DNA from: Thermoplasmata archaeon
Lineage (GTDB): Archaea; Thermoplasmatota; Penumbrarchaeia; JAEHCK01; GCA-020356005
DNA: 27,176 nt
Assembly: GCA_020356005.1 (NCBI GenBank)
Contig: CP070629.1
Location: 829,558-856,733 of the forward strand
Direction of reading: 5' to 3'
Positions 12,533 to 20,636 of this stretch are shown one piece after another. Position numbers and translations under genes: made by a program. The first letter of the stretch is position 1, and every line of letters begins with the position of its first letter. The notes under the pieces are model-generated. The model worked only from the letters and a program-made list of their open reading frames with translations, was not told where the DNA came from and did no database searches.

Positions 12533-14665
12533 ATGAAAATCAAGATCAACCGGATATTGTTATTGATTATTGCATTCATATTGATCTTCGCCGCGGTTGG
12601 CAGCGCTGTTATTTACAGATTCTATTTGCAGCCTGAGGAGGAGGAGGCGGAGACGCTCAAAATCGGTGTGCTGCTGCCCCTGAGCGGCCCCGAAGCTGTT
12701 AATTCATATGAGGTGCTGGATTGGGCTGCGGGCAATATCAATTCGCAGGGCGGAATAAAAGAATATCAAATCGAGCTGGTGTACAAAGACACCTATAACC
12801 ATGACCTGGCATTGCTGGCAGATGAGTTCATACAGGACGAATCCATTAAAATCGTGATCGGGCCGGGCACAAGTTCAGGTGTGTTCGATATTGCGCCTAT
12901 GTTCATTGCCAATAAAAAAATTCTTATCAGTGCATTTTCCACTGCAGCCGATGTATTCAACGCCTTCGGCGGTAAGAACTACATATGGCGCACCTGCCAA
13001 TCCGATGTTGCACAGATACGAACCATTCTGCATATACTCGACTCCAGAAATGTACAGAAAATATCGTTGATGTACGAGAACTCGGTTTACGGGAAGTCCT
13101 TCTATGATTGGACCGGTTTTTTTTCGCTGGAACTGGGAATAGAATTATTGAATCTGGTGGAATTCGAGTACGGGCAGAGCGATTTTTCCGAGGATGTGAA
13201 AACTGCTCTGGAGGGTGATCCCGACTATATCGTTTGTGTCGCATTCTCATCGGATGTAGTGGAGATCAAGAAGGAGCTGGATTTGACCGGCAGCTCAGCC
13301 AAGCTCTTCCTCACGGACGCAGGCGAGACGCCGTATTTGATCAGCGACCTAGGACAAGCAGCCGAGGGGCTGGAAGGTACCACCCCCTCTGCAGATCCCG
13401 CTGCGGGTTTCGAGGCAGTTTATCAAACCGAGCTTGGAAACCCGCCCAACAATATAGCAGCCACAACCTACGATGCGTTCCTGCTCGCACTATATACCCA
13501 CGCCAGACAACTTCATACGGGCGGCTCGGAGGGATTAGATGAATCCATAAAAAAAGTTGTTAGTGGTAACGATACGAAAGTGGGCTGGAGGAAAGAGGAT
13601 GTGGGAGCTGCCGTAGAAATGATTTTGAAAGGAGAGCTCCCGGACATCTCAGGCGTTTCGGGGCCATTGGAATTCGATTCCGAATTCGGCTGCGATCCCC
13701 TTGAAACCTTCTTCAATCACTGGCAGGTATCGGGCGGCGAGTTTCAAAGCCAAGATTCGATCAGTTCGGCTGCATCCTTACATGCAGGAGCAGTTAAATC
13801 AGGTGCTTCCGCATGCAGAACTTCGGGCAGCGCTGAAATTGGTAAAATAGAGGACACAACCGGCACAACGAACGGTCAACTCGCTGCCAGGAAGGATTCC
13901 TGGGCCGTAATTGTCTCTACCAGCACAGACTGGGACAATTACCGTCACCAAGCAGACGCTCTTGCTGTTTACAATATGTTGAAAACCAACGGTATGAGCG
14001 ATGATAAGATTATATTGTTAACGGTGGACGACATACCTGACCATGAGCGTAACAAAAAGCAAGGAGACATACACCACGAGATTAGTGGTACAAATCTCCG
14101 GTTGGATGCAGAGATCGATTATTCTGGTAATGATGTTACCTCCAAGATCTTCCGAAATGTATTAACAGGTAAAAAAACCGCCAGGACACCCACCGTGTTG
14201 GAATCCGATGAGAACAGCAATGTGTTTGTGTATATAGTAGACCACGGCGGCCAGGGCACCATACCCTTTGATAACGGCGGAACACTAAAGGCAGATACAT
14301 TGAAGAATTCTATAGTCGGTATGGACAATGACAATATGTTCCGGCAGATGTTTGTTATTATCGAGACATGTTTTTCTGAGAGCATGACCGCCGATATCGA
14401 GACCCCCGAAGTTGTTTTTTTGACCTCCGCAGCAGAGGACGAGCCCTCATTTGCTGCGAATTACGATTCTGAGATCGGGGCATGGCTGGCGGACGACTGC
14501 ACCTACCAGGTGGTTTCCACACTATCGGAGAATAAAGATATTTCCATAATGGAACTGTATGATGATACATATCCCAAGATCACCGGGTCGCACGTAAGAT
14601 TAAAAAACTATAACAGCTTCAGTAATGTTGAGAGCACGCCGGTAAGCGATTTCATCATGCCGTAA
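12533..14665 (+). CDS. Membrane-anchored fusion protein: type-I periplasmic binding protein (LivK/ANF-receptor-like) domain + C13 legumain-family cysteine peptidase domain
   Basis: The N-terminus MKIKINRILLLIIAFILIFAAVGSAVIY is a signal anchor. LKIGVLLPLSGPEAV...GGI...IELVYKDT...KIVIGPGTSS is the PBP1/Peripla_BP_6 pattern. The C-terminal half matches legumain block by block, including the His and Cys of the catalytic dyad: WAVIVSTSTDWDNYRHQADALAVY...DDI...DYSGNDVT..F.NVLTG...VFVYIVDHGG...MFVIIETCFSESM...SHV. The start at 12533 has GGAG 8 nt upstream. The ORF track begins at the GTG at 12494. Confidence 0.85.
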   Translation: MKIKINRILLLIIAFILIFAAVGSAVIYRFYLQPEEEEAETLKIGVLLPLSGPEAVNSYEVLDWAAGNINSQGGIKEYQIELVYKDTYNHDLALLADEFIQDESIKIVIGPGTSSGVFDIAPMFIANKKILISAFSTAADVFNAFGGKNYIWRTCQSDVAQIRTILHILDSRNVQKISLMYENSVYGKSFYDWTGFFSLELGIELLNLVEFEYGQSDFSEDVKTALEGDPDYIVCVAFSSDVVEIKKELDLTGSSAKLFLTDAGETPYLISDLGQAAEGLEGTTPSADPAAGFEAVYQTELGNPPNNIAATTYDAFLLALYTHARQLHTGGSEGLDESIKKVVSGNDTKVGWRKEDVGAAVEMILKGELPDISGVSGPLEFDSEFGCDPLETFFNHWQVSGGEFQSQDSISSAASLHAGAVKSGASACRTSGSAEIGKIEDTTGTTNGQLAARKDSWAVIVSTSTDWDNYRHQADALAVYNMLKTNGMSDDKIILLTVDDIPDHERNKKQGDIHHEISGTNLRLDAEIDYSGNDVTSKIFRNVLTGKKTARTPTVLESDENSNVFVYIVDHGGQGTIPFDNGGTLKADTLKNSIVGMDNDNMFRQMFVIIETCFSESMTADIETPEVVFLTSAAEDEPSFAANYDSEIGAWLADDCTYQVVSTLSENKDISIMELYDDTYPKITGSHVRLKNYNSFSNVESTPVSDFIMP

Positions 14666-14686
14666 GAAAGCTATTATATCGCTTAC

Positions 14687-14811
14687 AGAAGGGCGGAACA
14701 CGTTGAGCGGTTGTGAAGTGCGTAACGTAGGGCGTCTTACGTTTGACGGCCGCATTTCGCAAACGGATTACGTTACGCCCCTCGCTACCGCAAACCGTTG
14801 GACGCTCTTCT
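14687..14811. repeat. GC-rich inverted-repeat element, copy 2 (both arms present), 22 nt downstream of the PBP-legumain gene stop
   Basis: Outer pair AGAAGGGCG / CGCTCTTCT. Left arm GTTGAGCGGTTGTGAAGTGCGTAACG (14702-14727). Right arm CGTTACGCCCCTCGCTACCGCAAACC (14771-14796). Confidence 0.8.
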
Positions 14812-14844
14812 ATTAGCATTATAAAATCAATAATAAATCTTTTT

Positions 14845-16284
14845 TCATCGCTCCCTGTATCCCATCTGCTCGCGAACTGTGGGCGGTTTGTATTTCGATT
14901 TCTCAAGATCGAATTTTGCCGTGTATGCCATTTGATTTAACGACTCCGCCAGGAACTCGAACTCGTCACCGGTATTGACCTCAATTTTGTGTTCAAGCTG
15001 TTTCTTCTGCATTGCGTCTGCACCATCTTTAAGTAGAAAAATCGGTCTGGTGATTGACCTGCCCACCAGTATGGACAGAACAGAAATTACAGCAAGAGCA
15101 ATTATGACAAAAAGAATGGATATGTTGAACGCCTCACCCAGCTGTTCGTCGATATAGTCGCTGGCGTTCCCTGTGGCATTTGTTATTTTACCTTCGATCT
15201 CCACAGCGGGTGCGATTATTTCGGCAATGGGCATAACAAATGCGACGCTCCAGCCGGTGCTCTCTATCGGCGCGTAAGCGAAATATTTCTCACCCTCCTC
15301 CAGTTCACACCGACTGATCCCAGAATTGCCCGTTGTCATATCCTCGCCTATGGCTTTTAAATCCGGGTTCGTACTCTCCAGCAGATTCTCAAGCTCAAAG
15401 GATTCGTCCCACATTTTATCCTCAGCCTGCAGGCCCGGCCGGGCGATTATATTACCGTTATTGTCCACAAGTATCCCGTAACCGGTTTCACCAACCTGCG
15501 GTTTAATAATATCGGAATTGATGGTTTTTATGGTAATATCCGCCGCCACCACCCAGAAATAATCTGTGCTGGTGGAGTACACAGGTGCGGAGCATGTTAT
15601 CATCAGCTCGTTCGTACCCACATCCAGGTACGGGCTCGTCCAGGATATCCCGCCCGACTCTACCGCATTTGTATACCAATCCCGCACCCTGGGATCGTAC
15701 GTTGGATCTATTCCGGTATCCCACGGATAAATCCTGGCAAAACCGGAACCGGTCCCGATATAAATCCATTCTACATAGGGATCGTTGGAATAAGTGGGTA
15801 TGAAAATATTATCGAGAACACTTGAAAGGTCCAGTTCAGCTCTAACATTATCTGCAGACACACCGGGGGCCAGCACATATACGGAATCTTCGAAAATATC
15901 TTCAGGCTGCTCGTTTTGTGAATATGAATATTTATATTGAAACGATGATGAATTATCGATAAGAGTGGCGGCGAATTCAGACACTATGCTTACTTCCGAT
16001 TCTATCTTTTCGAACAGCATATTTCCGAAAGCTGCTTGACCTTTTGCCAATCTTACCAGGTTATCCTCGGCTTGTGACTCTAGAGCAGTTGTGCTGTCGT
16101 CCACGGCGCTGTCGCCAAGTTCTGTGCACCGGTCAATAGTATAATCACCGCTCTCCTCTAAATTATCTAGAGAGAAATATCCGAAGAAAATTAATGAAAT
16201 CAGAGAAAATACCAAGAAAACTATCAGGATTTTTGTTCGTATCTTCATTTTGATTCTTGATTTCTGTGTCATAAAAACCACCAT
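14845..16284 (-). CDS. Membrane sensor with extracytoplasmic Cache-like domain and HAMP domain, no output domain (paralogue of the N-terminal two-thirds of the adjacent PP2C phosphatase)
   Basis: It has TM1 (ILIVFLVFSLISLIFFGYF), a ~330-aa periplasmic region, TM2 (ISILFVIIALAVISVLSILV) and a HAMP-like stretch (RPIFLLKDGADAMQKKQLEHKIEVNTGDEFEFLAESLNQMA). By eye it is collinear and roughly half identical with residues ~30-470 of the 17112-19286 product. It ends about 30 aa after HAMP. Confidence 0.8.
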   Translation of the reverse strand: MVVFMTQKSRIKMKIRTKILIVFLVFSLISLIFFGYFSLDNLEESGDYTIDRCTELGDSAVDDSTTALESQAEDNLVRLAKGQAAFGNMLFEKIESEVSIVSEFAATLIDNSSSFQYKYSYSQNEQPEDIFEDSVYVLAPGVSADNVRAELDLSSVLDNIFIPTYSNDPYVEWIYIGTGSGFARIYPWDTGIDPTYDPRVRDWYTNAVESGGISWTSPYLDVGTNELMITCSAPVYSTSTDYFWVVAADITIKTINSDIIKPQVGETGYGILVDNNGNIIARPGLQAEDKMWDESFELENLLESTNPDLKAIGEDMTTGNSGISRCELEEGEKYFAYAPIESTGWSVAFVMPIAEIIAPAVEIEGKITNATGNASDYIDEQLGEAFNISILFVIIALAVISVLSILVGRSITRPIFLLKDGADAMQKKQLEHKIEVNTGDEFEFLAESLNQMAYTAKFDLEKSKYKPPTVREQMGYRER

Positions 16285-16290
16285 ACTTAA

Positions 16291-16626
16291 CTACTTAAGC
16301 ATTTTTTCTGCATCTTTAACATTACTGCAGCATTTAAAAAGAGAGGTAAAGCCTGTTATATCAAAAACCTCCTTCACCTGAGGTTGCAGTCCCACAAGCA
16401 CAAGCTCACCATCATTCTTCTTCGTCTCCTTCAAACCTGCCAGTAGAACTCTTAAACCGGCACTGCTGATGAAATCTACATCTTTCATATCGATAATAAG
16501 CTTAAATTTCTTATCGGAAATGATCGAATTCAACCTGGATTCGAGATCCAGAGCCGTATTGGCATCGATTTTACCCTTTACAATTACAAGGCCCAGGTCT
16601 CGTTTCGTTTTAAAATCCAATTCCAT
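16291..16626 (-). CDS. STAS-domain anti-sigma-factor antagonist-like protein (RsbV/SpoIIAA family)
   Basis: LVIVKGKIDANTALDLE...IIDMKDVDFISSAGLRVLL...LVLVGLQPQVKEVFDITGF is the classic STAS pattern and includes the phosphorylatable Ser in DFISSAG. I chose the ATG at 16626 because AGGAGGA lies 5-6 nt upstream. The track start at 16656 would overlap the upstream gene. Confidence 0.85.
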   Translation of the reverse strand: MELDFKTKRDLGLVIVKGKIDANTALDLESRLNSIISDKKFKLIIDMKDVDFISSAGLRVLLAGLKETKKNDGELVLVGLQPQVKEVFDITGFTSLFKCCSNVKDAEKMLK

Positions 16627-16645
16627 ACTAGTTCCTCCTGATCGG

Positions 16646-17071
16646 CTATTTACCAATATATTTGATCATTGTTAATTCATTCCCTGCATCTGCATCAAAG
16701 GTATAATCCAGTTTATCGATATAAGCTTTCATTAAGAAAATTCCGAGCCCGCCTATTTTTCGCTTCTCCAAAGGCGCTTTCGTATCCGGTTCGGGTACAC
16801 TTTTTGGATCGAAGGACTTGCCCTTATCCCTGATAATGATCTTGAATTCATTGCCGGAACCGGAGCAGTCAATAATAATCGGCCCAGCTGTTCCGGGATA
16901 TGCATGTTTCATTATATTGGTACATGCCTCGTCCACTGCCACCTGCACCTCAAATATCTCCTTTTCGGACCCGAACCCGAGGCTCTTCATGGCATCCGCT
17001 ATAAAGTCCCTGACCTCAGGGAGATTTTCAAGTTTACTCGCAACTTCAAGATGTAATTTCTGATCTTCCAT
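16646..17071 (-). CDS. RsbW/SpoIIAB-like serine protein kinase (HATPase_c, anti-sigma-factor family)
   Basis: N-box EACTNIMKHAY, G1-like IIRDKGKSFDP and G2 IGGLGIFLM. The 141-aa size and the position directly upstream of the STAS gene fit this family. Confidence 0.85.
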   Translation of the reverse strand: MEDQKLHLEVASKLENLPEVRDFIADAMKSLGFGSEKEIFEVQVAVDEACTNIMKHAYPGTAGPIIIDCSGSGNEFKIIIRDKGKSFDPKSVPEPDTKAPLEKRKIGGLGIFLMKAYIDKLDYTFDADAGNELTMIKYIGK

Positions 17072-17111
17072 GTGTATTATCCATCCCGGATCTTTGATTA
17101 AGATATATAAT

Positions 17112-19286
17112 TTATTTAACCTTTAATATTATCATAGTGATATCGTCAGCCTGGGGTTCGCCCCTGGTAAACTCTTTAACATCAGCTTTTATTTTGTCAA
17201 CGATCTTTTGAGGGGTTAGTTTGCGATTGCTCGCAAGCAGATCTTTCAACCTTTTTTCACCGTACTGCGCCCCCTTATCGTTCAGTGCTTCCGTAACTCC
17301 ATCGGTAAAAAGTACAACGATATCCCCTGATGAAAGCTCCACCTCAACCTCTTCAAGCTCTATGCTTTCAACTACCCCCAGTGCGATTCCCTTTGCTTTT
17401 AACAGCACAATCTCACTGGTATCTTTGCGCAGAACCAGAGGAGGGTTATGGCCGGCGTTAACATAAGTTAAAATTCTTTTCTTTGAATCGAAAATAGCAT
17501 AGAACAGCGTTACGAACATGGAAGCCTTCGAGTCCTCGCAGATCAGCTTGTTCGCGCTGGTAATGGCCCTTGCAGCCGTTGGATCTTGCACGGTGTTCGC
17601 ACGCACAAGCGTCCGTGACAGCGCCATGAACAGAGCCGCGGGCATGCCCTTACCGGATACATCGGCTATTGCAAGGCCCCATTTATCCTCTGAGATATGT
17701 ATGAAATCATAGAAATCGCCGCCGATCTCCTTGGCGGATTGATTGAATGCCGCAAGCTCGATACCTTCTATATCAGGCACATGCTCGGGTAATATGCTCT
17801 GCTGGATCTTCTGGGCGATATCCATTTCCTTCATCAACCGCTCCTTCTCTGCAGTTGTGTGCTGCAGTTGATCCATATGCCGGTTCAAATCCAGCGCCAT
17901 TTTATTGAAGGAATCCGCGAGATCCTCTAGTTCATCGCCGGTCTTTACATCAACTCTATGCTCAAGATGACCCTGCCCGATGGTGTTGGCGCCCTTTGTC
18001 AGGGTTTTAATGGGCTTGGTGATTTTTCCAGAAAGTACATAAGCCAGGGCGATAACTGCAATAATTATAACAATAAAAATTATAATGAACATATTCTGCA
18101 GATTCAGGATCTTATCCTCAATGCTTTCCTCTGTATCCTTCGTGGCCCTGTCTATTTGACCCTTGGTTTCGGTTGCCGGTGCGATTATCTCGGAAACTGG
18201 CATAACGAAACCAACGCTCCATCCCGTGCTGTTGATAGGTGCATAAGCAATATATTTCTCCCCATCCTCAAAGCTGCACCTGGCAACGCCGCTGCCGCCA
18301 AGTGTCATTTTTTCGGCTATCGCTTTCAGCTCTGTATTATTGCTCTCCAATAAATTCTCGGTTTCAAACGATTCGTCCCACCTGTTATCGCCCGCAGCCA
18401 GACCCGGGCGGGCGATAACAGAGCCTGACTGATCAATTAACAAAGCGTAACCCAGTTCGCCAACCTTTGTATTGATAATATCGGAATTGATGGTCTCTAT
18501 GGTAACATCGAGTCCGATGACCCAGAACATGTCATCCTGAGGTGAATTAACCCGCTGCGAGCAGGTCACCATCAGGCCCGTGCCGGCAACATCGATATAC
18601 GGCTCGGACCAGGATATTCCCTCGGAGCTCTCTGCATTCTTGTACCATTCGCGCTCCCTGGGGTCGTATGTTTCGGGGATGCCGGTGCACCATGGGTAGA
18701 TCCGTATCATACCCGATTTGGTGCCGATGTAAACCCAGGTCAGGTGCGGGTCGCTTGAATAGACCGGTATGAAGATCTCGTCCATGTTGCTTGATAGATT
18801 CAGTTCTGATTGAATAGAATCGTTGTCAACATCCGAAGCAAGAACATAGACTGAGGTCGAATAAATATCATCGGGCGTTTCGTTTTGAGAATAAGAGTAC
18901 CTGTAGGAGGTCATTGATGAATTATACATGAGGTTATATGCGAAATCGCTCATGATATTGGCTTCGGCTTCTACTTTTTCAAATAAGGTGTTGCTAACCT
19001 CCGCTTGGGCCGCCGCCATATCCATGAGATGCTTTTCGGCCTGCTGCTCCAGTGCAGTTGTGCTGTCGTCAACCGCCTGCTCGCCCAGGTCCTTGTTGCG
19101 GTCGGATGAATAATCGCCCATCTCGTTTATGTTCCAGAGTGCAATGAATCCAAAAATGGGAAGAGCTATAAGTGATAGAATCAAAAATGAAACCAGTATT
19201 TTGGATCTTATCGTAAAGTGCTTTGATTTTCCAGCAGCCATATCTTTACTTCCAGTTAGCTTTGAATTTGATGAATGGAAATCCAT
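17112..19286 (-). CDS. Cache-HAMP-PP2C (SpoIIE-type) serine phosphatase, RsbU-like partner-switching input
   Basis: The N-terminal TM/Cache-like/TM/HAMP part is followed by QKIQQSILP...GGDFYDF...GLAIADVSGKGMPAALFM...FTDGVTEA...DDITMIILKV, a textbook SpoIIE/PP2C domain. The ATG at 19284-19286 overlaps the upstream CDF stop (TGATG). The track uses the TTG at 19289. Confidence 0.88.
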   Translation of the reverse strand: MDFHSSNSKLTGSKDMAAGKSKHFTIRSKILVSFLILSLIALPIFGFIALWNINEMGDYSSDRNKDLGEQAVDDSTTALEQQAEKHLMDMAAAQAEVSNTLFEKVEAEANIMSDFAYNLMYNSSMTSYRYSYSQNETPDDIYSTSVYVLASDVDNDSIQSELNLSSNMDEIFIPVYSSDPHLTWVYIGTKSGMIRIYPWCTGIPETYDPREREWYKNAESSEGISWSEPYIDVAGTGLMVTCSQRVNSPQDDMFWVIGLDVTIETINSDIINTKVGELGYALLIDQSGSVIARPGLAAGDNRWDESFETENLLESNNTELKAIAEKMTLGGSGVARCSFEDGEKYIAYAPINSTGWSVGFVMPVSEIIAPATETKGQIDRATKDTEESIEDKILNLQNMFIIIFIVIIIAVIALAYVLSGKITKPIKTLTKGANTIGQGHLEHRVDVKTGDELEDLADSFNKMALDLNRHMDQLQHTTAEKERLMKEMDIAQKIQQSILPEHVPDIEGIELAAFNQSAKEIGGDFYDFIHISEDKWGLAIADVSGKGMPAALFMALSRTLVRANTVQDPTAARAITSANKLICEDSKASMFVTLFYAIFDSKKRILTYVNAGHNPPLVLRKDTSEIVLLKAKGIALGVVESIELEEVEVELSSGDIVVLFTDGVTEALNDKGAQYGEKRLKDLLASNRKLTPQKIVDKIKADVKEFTRGEPQADDITMIILKVK

Positions 19287-20260
19287 CAATCTTTCTTACC
19301 CCGGCTCTTTTTATATTTCATGGGGATCAGAATGAACCGCATTTCGGGAAAGTGCTCCTGCAGGTGTTTTTCGATTTTGCCCTGGAGCTTACTTATTTCT
19401 TTTAACGACATGTCCTTCTTTAAATAAAGTTCTATCTCAATGAAGCGCTTTTTGCCGCTGCTGCGCGTGTAGATATTACCTATATTCTCGTAACTTTCGT
19501 ATTGTTGTGCCAGAACACCCATGATCTTCAGCTGGTCTTGTTCCGGCAGCGGAAAATCTATGAGGACCTTGAAGTTACCCACCGTCAATGTAATTCCGCA
19601 GTAAAGCATGTATAACGCGAGGATCAATGATATTATCGGGTCAAGTAAATAAGCAAGGGTCTCCTGCCCCGAAGATACGAGCACAAACCCGAAGCTTATA
19701 CCGATCAGGACCCCAATATCGAACAGTGTCGTTACTTTGAAATTGATATAGTACGAATGTACCATTGGCGATTCGCTTTTCTGCATCAGCTTTGATGATC
19801 TTCGGAACAGCCATATACTGCGCAGCAGTGAAGGTACCAGCGGTATCTGCGCCAGCGAAAAAGATATGAATTCGGGCGGCGACATAAACCTCCAGGCTGC
19901 GGTGTATATAATGAACAGAGATGTGGGTATAGCCAGCGCACCGTACAGGAAACTCGAGAAATTCTCTAACTTGCCCGTCCCGTAAGGGAACTTCAAAATA
20001 TTGGATTTCTGGATGGTGCGTATGGATTGGAACGCAAATACCTGCACGATCAGAGACAGCCCGTAATCGAAGGCGATTGTATAAATGGTAATGGCATTAG
20101 AGAAATACCCGAAAATGAAATACAATATTATAAAAGGAATAATAGAAAGGAAGGCGATATCAACCAATCTTTTTAGGTCCTCCAGCTCCTGCTCCTCATC
20201 TGTCTTGGCTTCAGATGTACCCATTTCACCTTCTTTGCCTTTAGTAGTTATAAATCTCAT
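19286..20260 (-). CDS. Cation diffusion facilitator (CDF) family transporter, divergent metal-site residues
   Basis: It has six predicted TM segments, the FPYGTGKLENFSSFLYG motif after TM2/3 (compare FPFGHGRAE in CDFs), and a C-terminal alpha/beta dimerisation-type domain (IYTRSSGKKRFIEIELYLKKDMSLKEISKLQGKIEKHL). The positions that usually carry H/DxxxD in TM2 and TM5 read DYGLS and TTLFD. The start is uncertain between 20260 and 20224. Confidence 0.7.
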   Translation of the reverse strand: MRFITTKGKEGEMGTSEAKTDEEQELEDLKRLVDIAFLSIIPFIILYFIFGYFSNAITIYTIAFDYGLSLIVQVFAFQSIRTIQKSNILKFPYGTGKLENFSSFLYGALAIPTSLFIIYTAAWRFMSPPEFISFSLAQIPLVPSLLRSIWLFRRSSKLMQKSESPMVHSYYINFKVTTLFDIGVLIGISFGFVLVSSGQETLAYLLDPIISLILALYMLYCGITLTVGNFKVLIDFPLPEQDQLKIMGVLAQQYESYENIGNIYTRSSGKKRFIEIELYLKKDMSLKEISKLQGKIEKHLQEHFPEMRFILIPMKYKKSRGKKD

Positions 20261-20462
20261 CTCCCTGATTTGACTCTATTAAAATGATTATTGTTGTATT
20301 CTCACCAGCCTGAAATGGAATACCATTACATTTTTTATAATTTTTGGATGTGAAAACATAAAATGTAACTCAAAAACCAGCTTTCATTAATTATAAATAT
20401 TACAATACAATTCCAAAAACCATCAAAATCAATCAATTCAAATGCACTTTCAAATTGATAAT

Positions 20463-20600
20463 GGGATATATTAAGTTAGGGGTGGAATCCCCTAACAACC
20501 CCTCTTTCTTTATCTTTTTGGGTGATGCCGCAGGCATCACCCATAGAGAAAAGAAAAGAGAGGGGTTATAGGGGAGATTCTTCTCCCCTATTAATATCCC
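20463..20600. repeat. ~140-nt nested palindrome (central 10-bp stem GGGTGATGCC/GGCATCACCC, long imperfect arms, two flanking hairpins)
   Basis: The palindrome is symmetric about nt 20531. The arms are AACCCCTCTTTCTTTATCTTTTT and ATAGAGAAAAGAAAAGAGAGGGGTT. The side hairpins are TTAGGGGtggaaTCCCCTAA and ATAGGGGAgattcttcTCCCCTAT. The outer arms are GGGATATATTAA and TTAATATCCC. Confidence 0.8.
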
Positions 20601-20636
20601 ACATCAACTGAAAGTGCATATAGATTGGATGATTGT

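Noticed and set aside
14655-14940. Two overlapping ORFs (83 aa on the - strand, 65 aa on the + strand) in the spacer after the PBP-legumain gene
   Set aside because: They span inverted-repeat element copy 2 and the 3' end of the Cache-HAMP gene. They are Arg-rich with low-complexity composition, and the element recurs elsewhere in non-coding contexts.
16627-16656. Extended N-terminus (MVNSRSGGTS) of the STAS protein
   Set aside because: The AGGAGGA Shine-Dalgarno sequence lies inside this extension, 5-6 nt before the ATG at 16626. STAS proteins of this family are ~110 aa.
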